Below are positions 13,544 to 26,477 of a DNA stretch of 64,000 nt, in pieces. The stretch is from Malacoraja senta (Eukaryota). Location: contig CM076000.1 in assembly GCA_038087875.1 (NCBI GenBank), positions 2,108,001 through 2,172,000 of the forward strand, written 5' to 3'. A program made the position numbers and the translations under genes. Numbering within the stretch: position 1 is the stretch's first letter; every line of letters begins with the position of its first letter. The notes under the pieces are model-generated. The model ran no database searches and was not told where the DNA came from. It saw only the letters and a program-made list of their open reading frames with translations.

Positions 13544-13835
13544 AGATACAGCGTGGAAGCAGGCCCTTTGGCCCACCAAGTCCATGCTGACCATCGATTT
13601 ATTGTATCCCACTTTCTCATCTACTCCTTCACACTAGTGGCAATATACAGAGGCCAATTAACCTCCATATCTGCCGTCTTAGGGATGTGTGAGGAAACCG
13701 GAGCACCCGGAGGAAACACACATGCTCACAGGGAGAACGTGCAAACTCCACACAGAGAGTACTCGAGGTCAGGATTGAACCCGGGTCTCTGACGCTGTGA
13801 GGCAGCAGCTCTACCAGCTGCGCCACTGTGCTGCG
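13540..13835 (-). mobile_element. HE1-like SINE
   Basis: Reverse complement of the SINE consensus. Confidence 0.8.
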
Positions 13836-14209
13836 TTAAGTGAATTAAGGTGAAATACGAGATTGTCTGGTTTTAACCGAGGAAAAATGCACCTGCTTTA
13901 GTTATTTGAAGCTCGGATTGTGAGTCCAGTGGGTATTGATTCTGTGAACAATGGCCTATTCTATTTATAGGACTGGTAAACCTATTGAGGGAAGCAGGCA
14001 ATGATATGGAAATGTGATTGGGCTATTTCACCAGTCTGTGAATGGAGCAAGGAAATTAAATCATATTCAATGTAGCTACGAAATCCAACAGTGCTAATCT
14101 ATATAAATACGGCTTGGACATATTAAGAATTGATCTGTTTTCATTTTGATGCTGAAGTGGCTCAAGCAAGCTACATGCTAACTGCTGCAATGGCTTAGAG
14201 TCATCGAGT

Positions 14210-14695
14210 TATAGTCATAGAGTCATAGTCATAGAGTCATACAGCATGGAAACAGGATATTCGGCCCAACTTGCCCACACCGACCAACATGTCCCATCTA
14301 CACTGGCCCCACCTGCCTGGCCCATATCCCTTTACACCTGTCCTATTCATGTACCTGTCTAATTGTTTCTTAAATGTTGCAATAGTCTCTGCCTCAACTA
14401 CCTCCTCCGGCAGCTTGTTCCGTACACCCACCAAAAAGTTACCCCTCCGAATGCTATTAAATAGTTCCCACTTCACCTTAACGCTATGTCCTCTGGTTTT
14501 CGATTCCCCTATCGGCAAAAGACTATGTGTGTCTACCCGATCTATACCTCTCATGATTTTGTATTTCTCTACCAGGTCCCCCTCACCCTCCTGCTCTCCA
14601 AGGAATAGAGTCTCAGCCTGCTTAACCTCTCCCTGTAGCTCAGACTGTCGTGTCCTGGCAACATCCACGTGAATCTTCTCTGCACCATTTTCAAC
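14210..14695 (-). mobile_element. CR1 LINE 3' end
   Basis: YKIMRGIDRVD..SKTRGHS.KV..NKLPEEVVEA.TIATFKK.LDRYM, with a (gagtcata)n tail. Confidence 0.9.
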
Positions 14696-14941
14696 TTACT
14701 GAAGCTGTGTAATCATTTAGCATCCGAAAGGAACTGCAAATTGTGTATTATTGTTTAGAATTCTGCCCATTTTGATTACTAAGATGTATCCACAGAGGGT
14801 TTGACACACAACAGCACAGGGTGATACATTTTGCCATAAAATTCAGTGGATCAGTTCTTCCTGCACTAATTTATATGTTAAGCCACTAAATGGTCAGTTG
14901 GATGTTCTTATATTGTAATATTTTAAGGTGATTTAAGAAGA

Positions 14942-15118
14942 GGCGGCACAGTGGGGCAGCGGTAGAGTTGCTGCCTTACAGCGCCAGAGACCCGGGTTCG
15001 ACTCTGACTACAGGGGCTTTCTGTATGGAGTTTTTACATTCTCCCTGTGACCATGTGGGTTTTCTCTGGGTGCTCCGGTTTTCTTCCACACTCTAAAAAA
15101 GTAAAGATTGTAAATTGA
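14942..15118 (+). mobile_element. HE1-like SINE, 5' part
   Basis: ggcggcacagtgg..gagacccgggttcga head. Confidence 0.8.
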
Positions 15119-15160
15119 GAAGGGGGGGGGGAGAAGGAGTGGAGACACTTTTAAGAAGTA

Positions 15161-16142
15161 CTAGACCAAGTGCAGACCCGTTGGGTCTGGACACCGAACG
15201 TGCGTTTGCGGGTGCGGGGGGGGGTGCTGTGGCGTCACAGTAACCACCCCCTTTGCTCAAAAGCACGGTTGCGGGGTGGGAATCTGGCACCCACGAACAC
15301 ACACACTCATAACAACCCTTGATATTATCTTAATTTTTTAATTTGCTTCTTTTATCCCATCTCCACCCTATCCACTGACGAATAGCCCTCACCTCTCAGG
15401 TGCATCTGGAGGGGGGGGGGCAGAGAGTGAAAATTTAATGTTAGAATTAAAAAAATTTGAAGAGGGGGAGGAGGAGGGTGGAGAGGAAGGGGGGAGAGGA
15501 AGGGGGAGAGAGGAAGGGGTGCGAGGAAGGGGGATAGAGAGGAGGGTGTGGAGAGAGTAAGGAGAGGATGTTGGAGATAGGTGAAGGGGGGTGTTTTGAG
15601 CTGGTGTTCATAAGTTAAGCTGCGGGCTGTGAAGAGAGAAGGGCAGAGAGAGAGAGAGAGGGGAGAGACAGAGAGACTGGTACACCCAAAAAAGGTGGTG
15701 AAATTCAGCGGGTGCAGCAGCATCTATGGAGCGAAGGAAATAGGCAATGTTTGTGGCCGAAACCCATCTTCAGACGTGTTTTGTTATGAAACATTGCCTA
15801 TTTCCTTCGATCCAAAGATGCTGCTGCATCCGCTGAGTTTATACTTCATTTTTTTGTTTACCTTGCGTNNNNNNNNNNNNNNNNNNNNNNNNNNNNNNNN
15901 NNNNNNNNNNNNNNNNNNNNNNNNNNNNNNNNNNNNNNNNNNNNNNNNNNNNNNNNNNNNNNNNNNNNNNNNNNNNNNNNNNNNNNNNNNNNNNNNNNNN
16001 NNNNNNNNNNNNNNNNNNNNNNNNNNNNNNNNNNNNNNNNNNNNNNNNNNNNNNNNNNNNNNNNNNNNAACCGTAATCAACTTGACATAGATTGTATCGT
16101 AAATAATACATACACAGGACCTCCTTCATATCATGTTAAGGA
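15161..16142 (-). mobile_element. Second non-autonomous Helitron (spans assembly gap)
   Basis: The minus-strand 3' end has a perfect hairpin CAGACCC-AAC-GGGTCTG then CACTTGGTCTAG|T, nearly the same terminus as the element at 11347-12414. The putative 5' end A|TCCTTAAC.. at 16142 is less certain because of the gap. Confidence 0.6.
15869..16068. other. Assembly gap (200 N)
   Basis: Run of 200 N. Confidence 1.
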
Positions 16143-16411
16143 TATTTATTACAACTTAGCTGAAAGCTCAACATTGAACTGATGGGCTCCTTGCCAAAAA
16201 TAATGATTTTCGTGCAGATAATTTTCTGTCTTCCTTGTCAGATTCAACCATCTGCAGCCCTTTTGTCTTCGCCACCCTTCTTTCCCACACGTGACTCATC
16301 TACCAATCAAACCCTCCTTTCCTGGATCCACCTATCACTTGCCAGCTCTTACCCCACCCCCTCCCCTCTTTTTACCACCTCATGTCACCCTATTCCAGGA
16401 AGAAAGGTCTT

Positions 16412-17005
16412 TAGTTTAGGGATGCAGTACTGAAACAGGTCGTTCAGTCCACGGTGTCTTTGCCGACCAAAGATCACGGGTACACCCGTTCTATGTTATC
16501 CCAGTTTTGGATCCTACATACTAGGGGCAATTTACAGAGGCCAATGAACCTACAAACCGGCACGTCTTTGGAATGTGGGAGAAAACTGAGCACCCAGAGA
16601 AAACCTATGTGGTCACACGGAGAACATGTAAACTGTGTACAGACAGCCAAGAGGGTGGCACAGTGGCGCAGCGGTGTAGTCATTGCCTTACAGAGATGCT
16701 GGATGGGTGCTGTCTGTATTGTGTTTGTACGTTCTCCCCGTGTCCGCGTGGGATTTCCCCAAGTGCTCTGGTTTTCTCCCACACTCCAAATACGTACAGG
16801 TTTATAGATTAATTCACTTCAGTAAAGATTTGTAAATTGTCCCTCATGTGTAGGATAGTGTTAGTGTGCGGGGATCGCTGGTTGGCGCGGACTTGGTGAG
16901 CTCTAAACTAAACTAAATTAAACTAAGCACCTGTAAGTTAGGTTCGAACGCAGGTCTCTGGTGCTGTAAGGCAGCAACTCTACTGCTGCGCCATTGTGCT
17001 TCCCT
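16412..17005. mobile_element. Nested HE1-like SINEs (plus copy at about 16653-16927 inside a minus copy)
   Basis: The minus-strand SINE is interrupted after cagacagc and resumes at gcacctgta after the (CTAAA)n tail of the inner copy. Confidence 0.75.
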
Positions 17006-17489
17006 GAAACATCGTCAATCCATTTCCTTCACCTCAACTTCTAACTTTCACCAGCAGTTTGCAAAAGATCCAGCATCTGCAGTCTTTTGTGTCTATTTTT
17101 AGTAGGGGTTACTACATTTTTAATGCTTCTTCTAACACATTAGGCATTTGCAGGCTGGCTTTTGGAGATGTTAGAGGCTTTACTTGACATATTCCGATAA
17201 TTCATTTGATTTTAATTTTCCGCATACTGGCATAATTGAGCAAGGGCAGGACTGGCAGCTTAATGTTTTGGGGTGGAGAGGTTTTAGATGTGACAGAGGG
17301 GATTTTTAAGAGGGAATCCTCCTCAAACAAACAAATGATTAGAGAGAACATAAGGGCATGCTTAGAGAGGATATTATGGAGGAAACAGCTAATGTGAACA
17401 TATGGATAGAGCATAGGAAGAAGGGAGGGAGATCACTTTGCTGAAGTTACATTAAAGTCTTCCCAATAGTCAATGGGAATTGGAGAAAC

Positions 17490-17830
17490 AGATATGTAAG
17501 CATCATGGCCTGGTTCGGCGACTGAAACACCCAGGAACAAAGAGGACTGCCCAATCCACCACAGGTACTGACCTCCCCACCATTGAAGGGATCTACAGGA
17601 GTCGCCACCTCAAAAAGGCATCCAGCATCATCATCAGAGACCCACATCACCCTGACCACACTCTCAGTTCACTCCTGCCATGAGAAGAAGGCGTTGGAGC
17701 CTAAAAACTGTAAAGTCCAGGTTTCGGAGCAGTTTCATCCTTACATCCATTAGGCTGTTGAAAACCACAACCTCCAAATAAGCTCTGAACTTGGAGGCAT
17801 TGTTTTTGTCTTTGCACTATTATTGTTTTG
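17490..17830 (+). mobile_element. Rex1/Babar LINE fragment
   Basis: TGTDLPTIEGIY..KKASSII.RDPHHP.H.L.SLLP motif. Confidence 0.75.
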
Positions 17831-18330
17831 TTTGTTCTTTTTATGTTATCTCTGGATGGTATATGTGTAGAGGATATGGGCCAAACACAGGCAGGTGGGA
17901 CTTGTGTAGATGGGGCATGTTGATCGGCGTGGGCAAGTTGGGCCAAAGGGCTGTTTTCATGCTGTATGATTCTGACTTTGACTCATGTGAATAAAATAGG
18001 ATATCTGTAAAGGGATTGATTCGCAGTCAAACTTTGAAATAAAAATTTGTTTTTAATTTATTACTGCTTTTATCGGAGTTAAATTTTACTATCTCTAGTA
18101 AAGATAATTCCAATTTCAATGGTAAACTTATTTGAATACATCAACAGGCAGTGATAAGCAGATGTTCTTTATTTAGAATCATTATATCTGAAATAAATCC
18201 AGCACCCTGTGTTTTCCTTGTCAGTCTGTGCTGATGAACTGCTGGCGGACGGATATATAATGTGCTGCATGAAGAGGAAATGCTATGCAACTACATATCA
18301 ATATAAAATATTTAGAAATGTAAAACAAAT

Positions 18331-18808
18331 ATAGAATCATAGAATCACAGTCATACCGTACGGAAACAGACCCTTCGACCCAACTCGTCCATCCCGACCA
18401 AGGTACCCCACATAAACCAGCCATTTGCCTGCGTTTGGCCCATATCCCTCTAAAACGTTCCTGTCCATGTACCTGCCCCCTTTTAAATGCTATTATAATA
18501 CCTGCCTCAACCACTTCCTCTGGCAGCTCGTTCCATATACCCACCTCAGGTTCATATTAAATCTTGCCCCTCTCATCTTAAAGATATGTCCTCTTTTTTT
18601 TCATCCCTACCCTGGGTAAAATACTCTGTGCATTCACCCTATCTATTTCCTTCATGATTTTATGCATCTCTAAAAGATCACCTCCTGCGCTCTAAGGAAT
18701 AAAGTCCTAGCCTGCTCAACCTCTCCCTATAGCTCAGCCCCTTTGAGTCCTGACACCACCCTTGTAAATCTTCTCTGCATCTTTTCCAGCTTTCCAGTTT
18801 AATGACAT
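18331..18808 (-). mobile_element. CR1 LINE 3' end
   Basis: IWNELPEEVVEAG motif and tail repeat. Confidence 0.85.
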
Positions 18809-19039
18809 TAGAGAATAATGGACCCCTGGGTTTGATTACAACACAGCAACATGACTGAGGAATCCATTTGACAGCAAGTCATTTTCTAACAGAAACCTCC
18901 AGCCCCCCCAAATGAGATTATTTATTTTAAATTTCTCCAGGGTATCTAGAATCCTATTTTGTAATGCAAACAATGAATTTATTTATTTTCTGGGGTTTAG
19001 ATCCTCTGTTTTTAGGTTCTCTGGGGCAGTCGATGGAAG

Positions 19040-20038
19040 TGACTTGAGAACAGTCAGTATTATGGTCGAGGAGGTGCTGAAGGTCCTGCTGCATCTGAAG
19101 GTAGACAAACCTCCCGGGCCTGATCAGATATATCCGAGGACACTGTGGGAGACTAGAGAGGAGATTGCAGGTGTCTGACTGAGATTTCGGAGTCATCGTT
19201 AAATACAGGTGAAGTGCCCAAAACTGGTGGGTGGCAATTGTTGTGCCTCTATTCAAGAAGGGCTGCAGGGAAAATCCTTGAAAGTTACTGTCACAGGTGG
19301 ATAGGGTGGTCAGCACATTGGCCTTCATCAGTCAGAGACTTGAGTATAGAAGTTGGGAGGTCATGTCATAGTTATATAATGACTGACTTGGCAAATGAAA
19401 TTCCTCGTATGTTGCAAAACATACTTGGCTAATAAAGTATTATTGTGATTGTGATTGTGATAGATTGTGATTGTGATATAAGACATTGGTGAGGCCACAT
19501 TTAGGGTACTGTGTTCAGTTTGGTCAACATGTTATAAGAAAGATGTTGTCAAGCTTGAAAGGGTACAGAGAAGATTTAACTAGATGTGAGAAATCGGGGG
19601 CCTGAGTAATAGGGAGAGATTGAGCAGGCTAGGACTTTATTCCTTTGAGTGAGGAGGGTGAGGGGTGATCTTATGGAGGTGTACAAAATCATGAGAGGAA
19701 TAGATTGGGTAAATACACAGTCTTTTGCCCAGAGTAGGGGAATCAAGAACCAGAGGACATAGGTTTAAGGTGAGGGTGAAAAGATTTAATAGGAACCTGA
19801 GGGGTAACTTTTTTACACAAAGGGTGGTGGGTGTATGCAACCATTTGTTGGAGGAGGTAGTTTGGTACTATCACAACGTTTAAGGAACATTTAGACAGCT
19901 ACATGGATAGGGTAGATTTAGAGGGATATGGCCAAAAGCAGGCAGGTGGGACTAGTTTAGATGGAGCATGTTGGTCGGTGTGGGCAAGTTGGTCTGAAGG
20001 GCCTGTTTCCACGTTGTAAGACTATATGACTCTATGAC
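19040..20038 (+). mobile_element. CR1 LINE fragment (internally deleted, short nested insert at about 19381-19476)
   Basis: LKVDKPPGPDQIYPR.L.E.REEIA motif followed by CR1 3' sequence and tail. Confidence 0.85.
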
Positions 20039-20899
20039 CAGAGCATTGAATCATCATTAACTTTACTCTTAATAGACAGGACGAATTATGTGGAGGCCAA
20101 TTTCAAAAGTGGCTATCGCTTGTTAAAGCTAGCCCACATCGCTTGAAGGCTGTATGCAGTTCTTTAATGACCCGCCTGATATTGCTCTCTTCAACATGGC
20201 TGATATCTCTATACTGTTTGAAATTCAAGTTATTCTAATAATTATCAACTTACTAGTTTATGAATTATTTACTTGGATTAATTCTAATGATTAACAGTGT
20301 CCAGCCCAGCACAAATTATCACGGACGTGCTTGGGCCAAATGTTTCTATTGACTACGGAGAAGAAAGGCTTTCTCATCAGGGTACAGAGAACAGGGAATG
20401 CTTGATGCTTGGCAAAGAAAGGCTAATGAATGAGCAGTGGCTTTGTGTGTGATAGGAAACAGGTAGAAGAGTTGAGAACTGCTTGAAGTTTGTGCAGGGA
20501 CCAAGGAAACCCTTTGGGCAAACTAATGATGAAGGGGATTCAAGGAACTGCAGATGCTGGAATCTTGTGTAAAACACAATGTGCTGGAGGGACTCAGCTA
20601 GTCAGGCAGGGAATGGACAAGTGACGTTTTCGGTCAGGACCCATCTTCAGAGGCCTGGGTGTGGATTTCAGGGGTACCGAAGGTGAAGTAAAGACAGGGG
20701 TGGAAAAAGAGCTTGTCTTTGGAACATAGATAAAGTAGGGAAACAGGCCCTTCGACCCACTGAGTCCACGCTGACCATCGATCACCCATTCACACTAATT
20801 CTACGTTATCCTACTTTCGCATCCACTAACTACACACTTGGGGCAATTTACAGAATCCAATTAACCTATAAACCCGCACACAATTAACCTACACACCCG

Positions 20900-21160
20900 C
20901 ACACCTTTGAGATCCCCCTGGCCTCCCTATTCACGACTCTTCGATCCTTTTGCCTCACAATATTTTTTTCATCTCTGACATTTGTTCAACTATCTGCCTT
21001 TCAACACCTTCTTGCCTGTGATCACCTATTAGCTGCCCTGCTTTGTCCTGACCTTCCTAATTTTCTTCCCCCTACAATCAGTCTGAAGAAAGATCCCGAC
21101 CCGAAACGTCCCCATAGATGCTGCCATAGATGCTGAGATACTCCAGCACTTTGTGTCTAT
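20900..21160 (+). mobile_element. Penelope-like 3' fragment with hammerhead-like motif (21081-21112)
   Basis: tacaatcagtCTGAAGAaagatcccgacccGAAAcgtc followed by gatgctg..ctccagcactttgtgtct. Confidence 0.6.
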
Positions 21161-21575
21161 TTTAGCTCCTTTCTTTGCTACACTTCCTGTAATGTCAGTG
21201 ACGGAGGTCATTTTGCACACATTGCTGATCTGCCTGCAAAGCCACAACTTGCCTCCTTCTAAAAGATTTGCATCAATAGTTTAAGAACAATTCACTTACC
21301 ATATTTTGCAACTGTTGACTACCTATCTCTTTGTCCAGGGAATCTATTGTTCAAGGAAGCCAGGTAATCTGCAGCTGGTGGAGCTGCTGCCTCACAGCGC
21401 CAGAATTCATGTTCATAAGGCATAAGAGCAGAATTAGGCCATTCGGCCCATTGATTCTACTCCACCATTTAATCATGGCTGATCTATCTTTCCCTCAACC
21501 CCATTCTCCTACCTTCTGCCCATAACCTTTGACACCCTTACTAATCAGAAACCTGTCAATCTCTGTTTTAAAGAC

Positions 21576-21850
21576 CCTGGTTCGATCCCAACCTCGAGTG
21601 CCGTCTGTGTGGAGTTTGCATGTTCTCCGTGTGACCCCGTGTGATTCTTCCGGGTTCTCTGGTTTCCTCCCACATCTCAAAGACGTGTGGGTTTGTAGGT
21701 TAATTGGCCTCTGTAAATTTTCCTTAGTGTGTAGGGAGTGAATGAGTAAGTGAGATAACATAAAACTAGTGAGAACGGGTATCGATGGTCGTTGTGAACT
21801 CAATGGGTCAAAGGGCCTATTGCCATGCTGTTTCTCTAAACTAAACTAAA
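21576..21850 (+). mobile_element. HE1-like SINE
   Basis: B box ggttcgatcc, central domain and (CTAAA)n tail. Confidence 0.75.
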
Positions 21851-22484
21851 TCCAGCCAAGCCAAGCAGGTACAAACATGCATAGTCCACAGACAAGTGCA
21901 GTCTCAATGTGGTTGATCTTAGAAAATAAAAGCTCAGGTTTCCAGGATAATCCATTTACCCTTTCCTGTACCGAATTTAAAAAACAGCTTTCAAACTATA
22001 TTTATCAGCGGTTGTGTTACTTTATGGTATATGTGTGAATTAAAATCAATCCTTTTCACATATGGTTGAAATATTTTTCCTACCCACACAAATGAAAACA
22101 GTCTTTTTGTCAAGCAGAGATGATTTGTGAATTAATGTACTGTAAGTCTTCACGACCTTTGGGTCGGCAGCTCTTGAATTTTCTTGTGAATTTATTCTTG
22201 CTCCGTTCCCCTTCTTGCCACTGGCATTTTTGTGTGGCACTGGAGGGTGTTGAAAGTGCACCCGGTTATCTTAGCTACACCCCACTTATTATACTTTTCA
22301 ATCTTCTTGTCAGAGGAATCTATTCCACTGAATATCTTCCATTATATTCTCAAATAATTTTTCATTTAAATGCTGATAAGTTGTCTGGATAAGGGCAACA
22401 CTTTATCTACATGTGATTGTTACATATTGTCTGCATTCATGTGGATGGTAGAGAGGGCTGGCAGATAGCTAAGAAGAAGAAGAC

Positions 22485-22860
22485 TCTATTCCTTGGAGTG
22501 CAAGAGCATGAGGGGTGATCTTACAGAGGTGTGTAAGATCATAAGAGGAATTGATCGGGTAGACACACAGATTCTCTTGCCCAGAGTAGGGGAATTGAGA
22601 ACCAATGGACATACAGTAGGTTTAGGCTGAGGGAACCTAAGTGCTAACTTTTTAACACAAAGGATATTGGGTGTATGGAATAAGCTGCTGGAGGAGGTAG
22701 TTGAGACAGATACCATTGCAATGTTTAAGAAACATCTAGACAGGTACATGGATAGTTTTAGAGGGGTATGGGCCAAATGCAGGATGGGACAAATTGGTTG
22801 GTGTGGGCAAGTTGGGACAAAGGGCCTGCTTCCACACCGCATGACTGTATGACTCTAGGA
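22485..22860 (+). mobile_element. CR1 LINE 3' end
   Basis: GVWNKLLEEVVE.DTIAMFKKHLDRYM motif. Confidence 0.85.
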
Positions 22861-23401
22861 CTCTACGAGAGTTTACCCTGGTTCTAATTGACTCACATTA
22901 CATTTAGTTTAGTTTAGTTCAGAGATAGAGCGTGGAACAGGCCCTTCAGCCCATCGAATCCACGCTGACCAACAATCACCTGTACGCCAGTTCAGAGCTG
23001 GCGTACAGGTGATGTGGGATGTGGGAGAACCTGGAGAAAACCTACGCGGTTTCAAGGAGAACGTGCAAACTCCGTACAGGCAGAACCTGTAGTCAGGATT
23101 GAACCGGAGTAAGGAAACATATAGTATCGATGGAGATGTTTCTATTTTTTGAACTTATCCTTCCTAGAGTTAGAGGGCTTACTGTGTTGTTGGAGAAGCC
23201 TAGGTGAGCAAGTACACTGCCAAGTGCCCATGGTGAAGGGAATTAATCTTTAGGCCATTTGCCGCCCAAAATATAAAGATTTACAATTTTTTTACATTTA
23301 TGGTCCTAACAGCTAACTGAAACATTGAAGGCATTTATTTTGTCAGTTTATGCAAGTTTCAGGCCAATATTCCCAAAGTAAAATATGAATGTTCAAAATG
23401 A

Positions 23402-23715
23402 GTGGTACAGTGGCACAGCTGGTAGAGCTGCCTCCTCACAGCACCAGAGACCCAGGTTCGATCCCAACCTAGGGTGCTGTCTGGGTGGAGTTTGTGTGTT
23501 CTCTGTGTGACTATACGGGTTTTCTCCGGGTTCTCCGGGTACCTCCCAATCCCCAAAACGTGCAGGTTTGTAGGTTTCATTGGCGGCTATAAAATTGCAC
23601 CTACTGTGTAGGGAATGGATGAGAAAGTGGGATAACATTGAACAAGTGTGATCAGGTGATGGTTGGCGTGGACCCTGTGTATGCTGTATCTCTAAAACTA
23701 CAACTCAAAACTAAA
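23402..23715 (+). mobile_element. HE1-like SINE
   Basis: Full head, central domain and tail. Confidence 0.8.
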
Positions 23716-24376
23716 ACCTGGAGTACCAACAGCCTCATTCTACCTGCATCACAAGAGTCATAAAGTTAGTTTAGTAAAGGCCCACATCCACTTAAATGTG
23801 CAAAAGGTAGATTTCACTGTAGAATAAAATCCAAAACCCTATTTGCCTTTCAGATCTTTATATTACATACAGATTCATGAAAAGCATGTTAATTTTTTTT
23901 ACATTATCAAAAAGTTATCGTTAGCAAGGGCACATTGACTTTACCTTTAATTAATGTTTAATAATGTTGCTTTAGGTGAAGCATTCCGCTGAAGTATCCA
24001 TTTACGAGGTTTCAAATTGAATCCTCTTGGCTAACCGGACTTTTAAGAAAAAAATATTTCTAAACCTGCTTCTATAACTGTGCTCACTGTTGCAGAGTTT
24101 TCTGCTCCAGGCTTTGTAGGATATGTATTAACAGGTCTGATTTTCTGATCTGACCGCCAGGCCGCTCTCATGTGACTTTCCAGGGCCAGCCTCATTAATT
24201 ATGCATTGCAAGCCCCCAGACTGAAGTTCACTGTCAGTGAAGGGTAAAAAGATACCAACCATCTCAAGCTCTTAAAGACTTTGAACTGCAATAATGGGGA
24301 TGGGAGGCCATAAGACACGAGTGGCTTACAGCGCCAGAGAACTGGGTTCGATCATGACTACGAGTGCTGTCTGTAT

Positions 24377-24513
24377 GAGACCACAGGAGAGCTCTGACGT
24401 TTATACCATAGGGGAGCTCCGATGCGGAGACCACGGGGGAGCTCCAACGTGGGGACCACGGAGAAGCTCCAACCCGGAGACTATAGGGGAGCTCCAAAGT
24501 GGGGACAACGAGG
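24377..24513. repeat. 25-bp minisatellite (about 5.5 units) inside a SINE
   Basis: Units of the form gagaccacgggggagctccaacgtg. Confidence 0.8.
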
Positions 24514-24599
24514 TTAGTATATGCGGGTGATTGCTGGTCGGCGCAGACTCAGTGGGCTGGAGAGCCTGTTTCCGTGCTGTATCTCTAAAGTCTAAAAGT

Positions 24600-25042
24600 C
24601 TAATATTTTTATTCGACTTTATTGCCATATGCACAACTACGGTGAAAATCTTGCTTTTAGTGGCACCGCAGGCACAATGAGTCAGACAACATATGAAAGC
24701 ATAAAGTATGCATAAATTACACTTTAATTCTAGAACACAAGTGAAAATAAAAAAAGATTGTGCATCAAGACATTAGTGCAAAAATGTGCAAATAGTAAAC
24801 AAGCCGATGGTAGTGCAAGAGGTGGCAAGTGGCATTCCGTTACCACAGACAGGATTTGGGTTGTGCAGGTTGATTCAAGGACCTGATAGCTGTACGAAGG
24901 TAGCTGTTCCTGAATGTCAGGCTTATGTGGGATGCCACATACCTCTTGCCTGATGGTAACAGTGAGAAAAGGGCATGGCCCGGATGTTGGGGATCCCTGA
25001 TGATGGATGTTGCCTTCATGAGGCAACAGGCCCTTGTCCATG
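24600..25042 (-). mobile_element. Rex1/Babar LINE 3' fragment
   Basis: KATSIIRDPQHPGHALFSLLPSGKRY motif. Confidence 0.75.
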
Positions 25043-25043
25043 T

Positions 25044-25908
25044 CATAGAAGCATAGAAATTAGGTGCAGGAGTAGGCCATTCGGCCCTTCGAGCCTGCAC
25101 CGCCATTCAATATGATCATGGCTGATCATCCAACTCAGTATCCCGTACCTGCCTTCTCTCCATACCCTCTGATCCCTTTAGCCACAAGGGCCACATCTAG
25201 CTCCCTCTTAAATATAGCCAATGAACTGGCCTCGACTACCCTCTGTGGCAGAGAGTTCCAGAGATTCACCACTCTCTGTGTGAAAAAAGTTCTTCTCATC
25301 TCGGTTTTAAAGGATTTCCCCCTTATCCTTAAGCTGTGACCCCTTGTCCTGGACTTCCCCAACATCGGGAGCAATCTTCCTGCATCTAGCCTGTCCAACC
25401 CCTTAAGAATTTTGTAAGTTTCTATAAGATCCCCTCTCAATCTCCTAAATTCTAGAGTGTATAAACCAAGTCTATCCAGTCTTTCTTCATAAGACAGTCC
25501 TGACATCCCAGGAATCAGTCTGGTGAACCTTCTCTACACTCCCTCTATGGCAATAATGTCCTTCCTCAGATTTGGAGACCAAAACTGTACGCAATACTCC
25601 AGGTGTGGTCTCACCAAGACCCTGTACAACTGCAGTAGAACCTCCCTGCTCCTATACTCAAATCCTTTTGCTATGAAAGCTAACATACCATTCGCTTTCT
25701 TCACTGCCTGCTGCACCTGCATGCCTACTTTCAATGACTGGTGTACCATGACACCCAGGTCTCGCTGCATCTCCCCTTTTCCTAGTCGGCCACCATTTAG
25801 AAAATAGTCTGCTTTCCTGTTTTTGCCACCAAAATGGATAACCTCACATTTATCCACATTATACTGCATCTGCCAAACATTTGCCCACTCACCCAGCCTA
25901 TCCAAGTC
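25044..25908 (-). mobile_element. CR1 LINE, young 5'-truncated copy
   Basis: LGEWANVWQMQYNVDKCEVIHFG..VRPHLEYCVQFWSP..RRLRGDLIETYKIL, broken by one stop. Nearly identical to 54697-55550. Confidence 0.95.
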
Positions 25909-26477
25909 AACCAAGATGCCTCATCTACACTAGAACCACCTGCCCATGTTTGTCCCATATCCCTCCAAATCTTTCCTCTCCATGTACCTGTCCAAATGTC
26001 TTTTAAATGTTATTTTTGTACCTGCCTCAGCAACCTCCTCTGGCAGTTCGTTCCATATACTCACCACCTTCAGTGTGAAAAAGTTGCCCATCAAGTTCCT
26101 ATTAAATCTTTCCCCTCTCACCTTAAACCTATGTCCTCTGGTTCTTGATTCCTCTACTCTGGGGAAAAGACTCTGTGCTTTCACCCTATCTATTTCCATC
26201 CTGATTTTAGTCACATCTATAATATCAACGCAGCCTCCTGCGCTCCAAGGAAGAGTCCTAGCCTGCCCAAACTCTCCCTACAGCTCAAGCCCTTGAGTCC
26301 TGGCAATATCCTCATAAATCTTCTCTGCACTCTTTCCAGCATAATGACATCCTTCCTGCAGTGGGGTGACCAAAACTGAACACAATATTACAAACGTGGC
26401 CTCACCAACGTCTTGTACAACAGCAGCATAACATCCCAGCTTCTATACTCAGTACCCTGACTGATGAAGGCTACTGT
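25909..26477 (-). mobile_element. CR1 LINE fragment (second subfamily)
   Basis: SRTRGHRFKVRG..IWNELPEEV motif. Confidence 0.85.

Noticed and set aside
15629..16129. ORFs spanning the N run
   Set aside because: Artefacts of the assembly gap.
24377..24513. CRISPR-like array
   Set aside because: Contiguous diverged tandem units without unique spacers, no cas genes, and a eukaryotic context.
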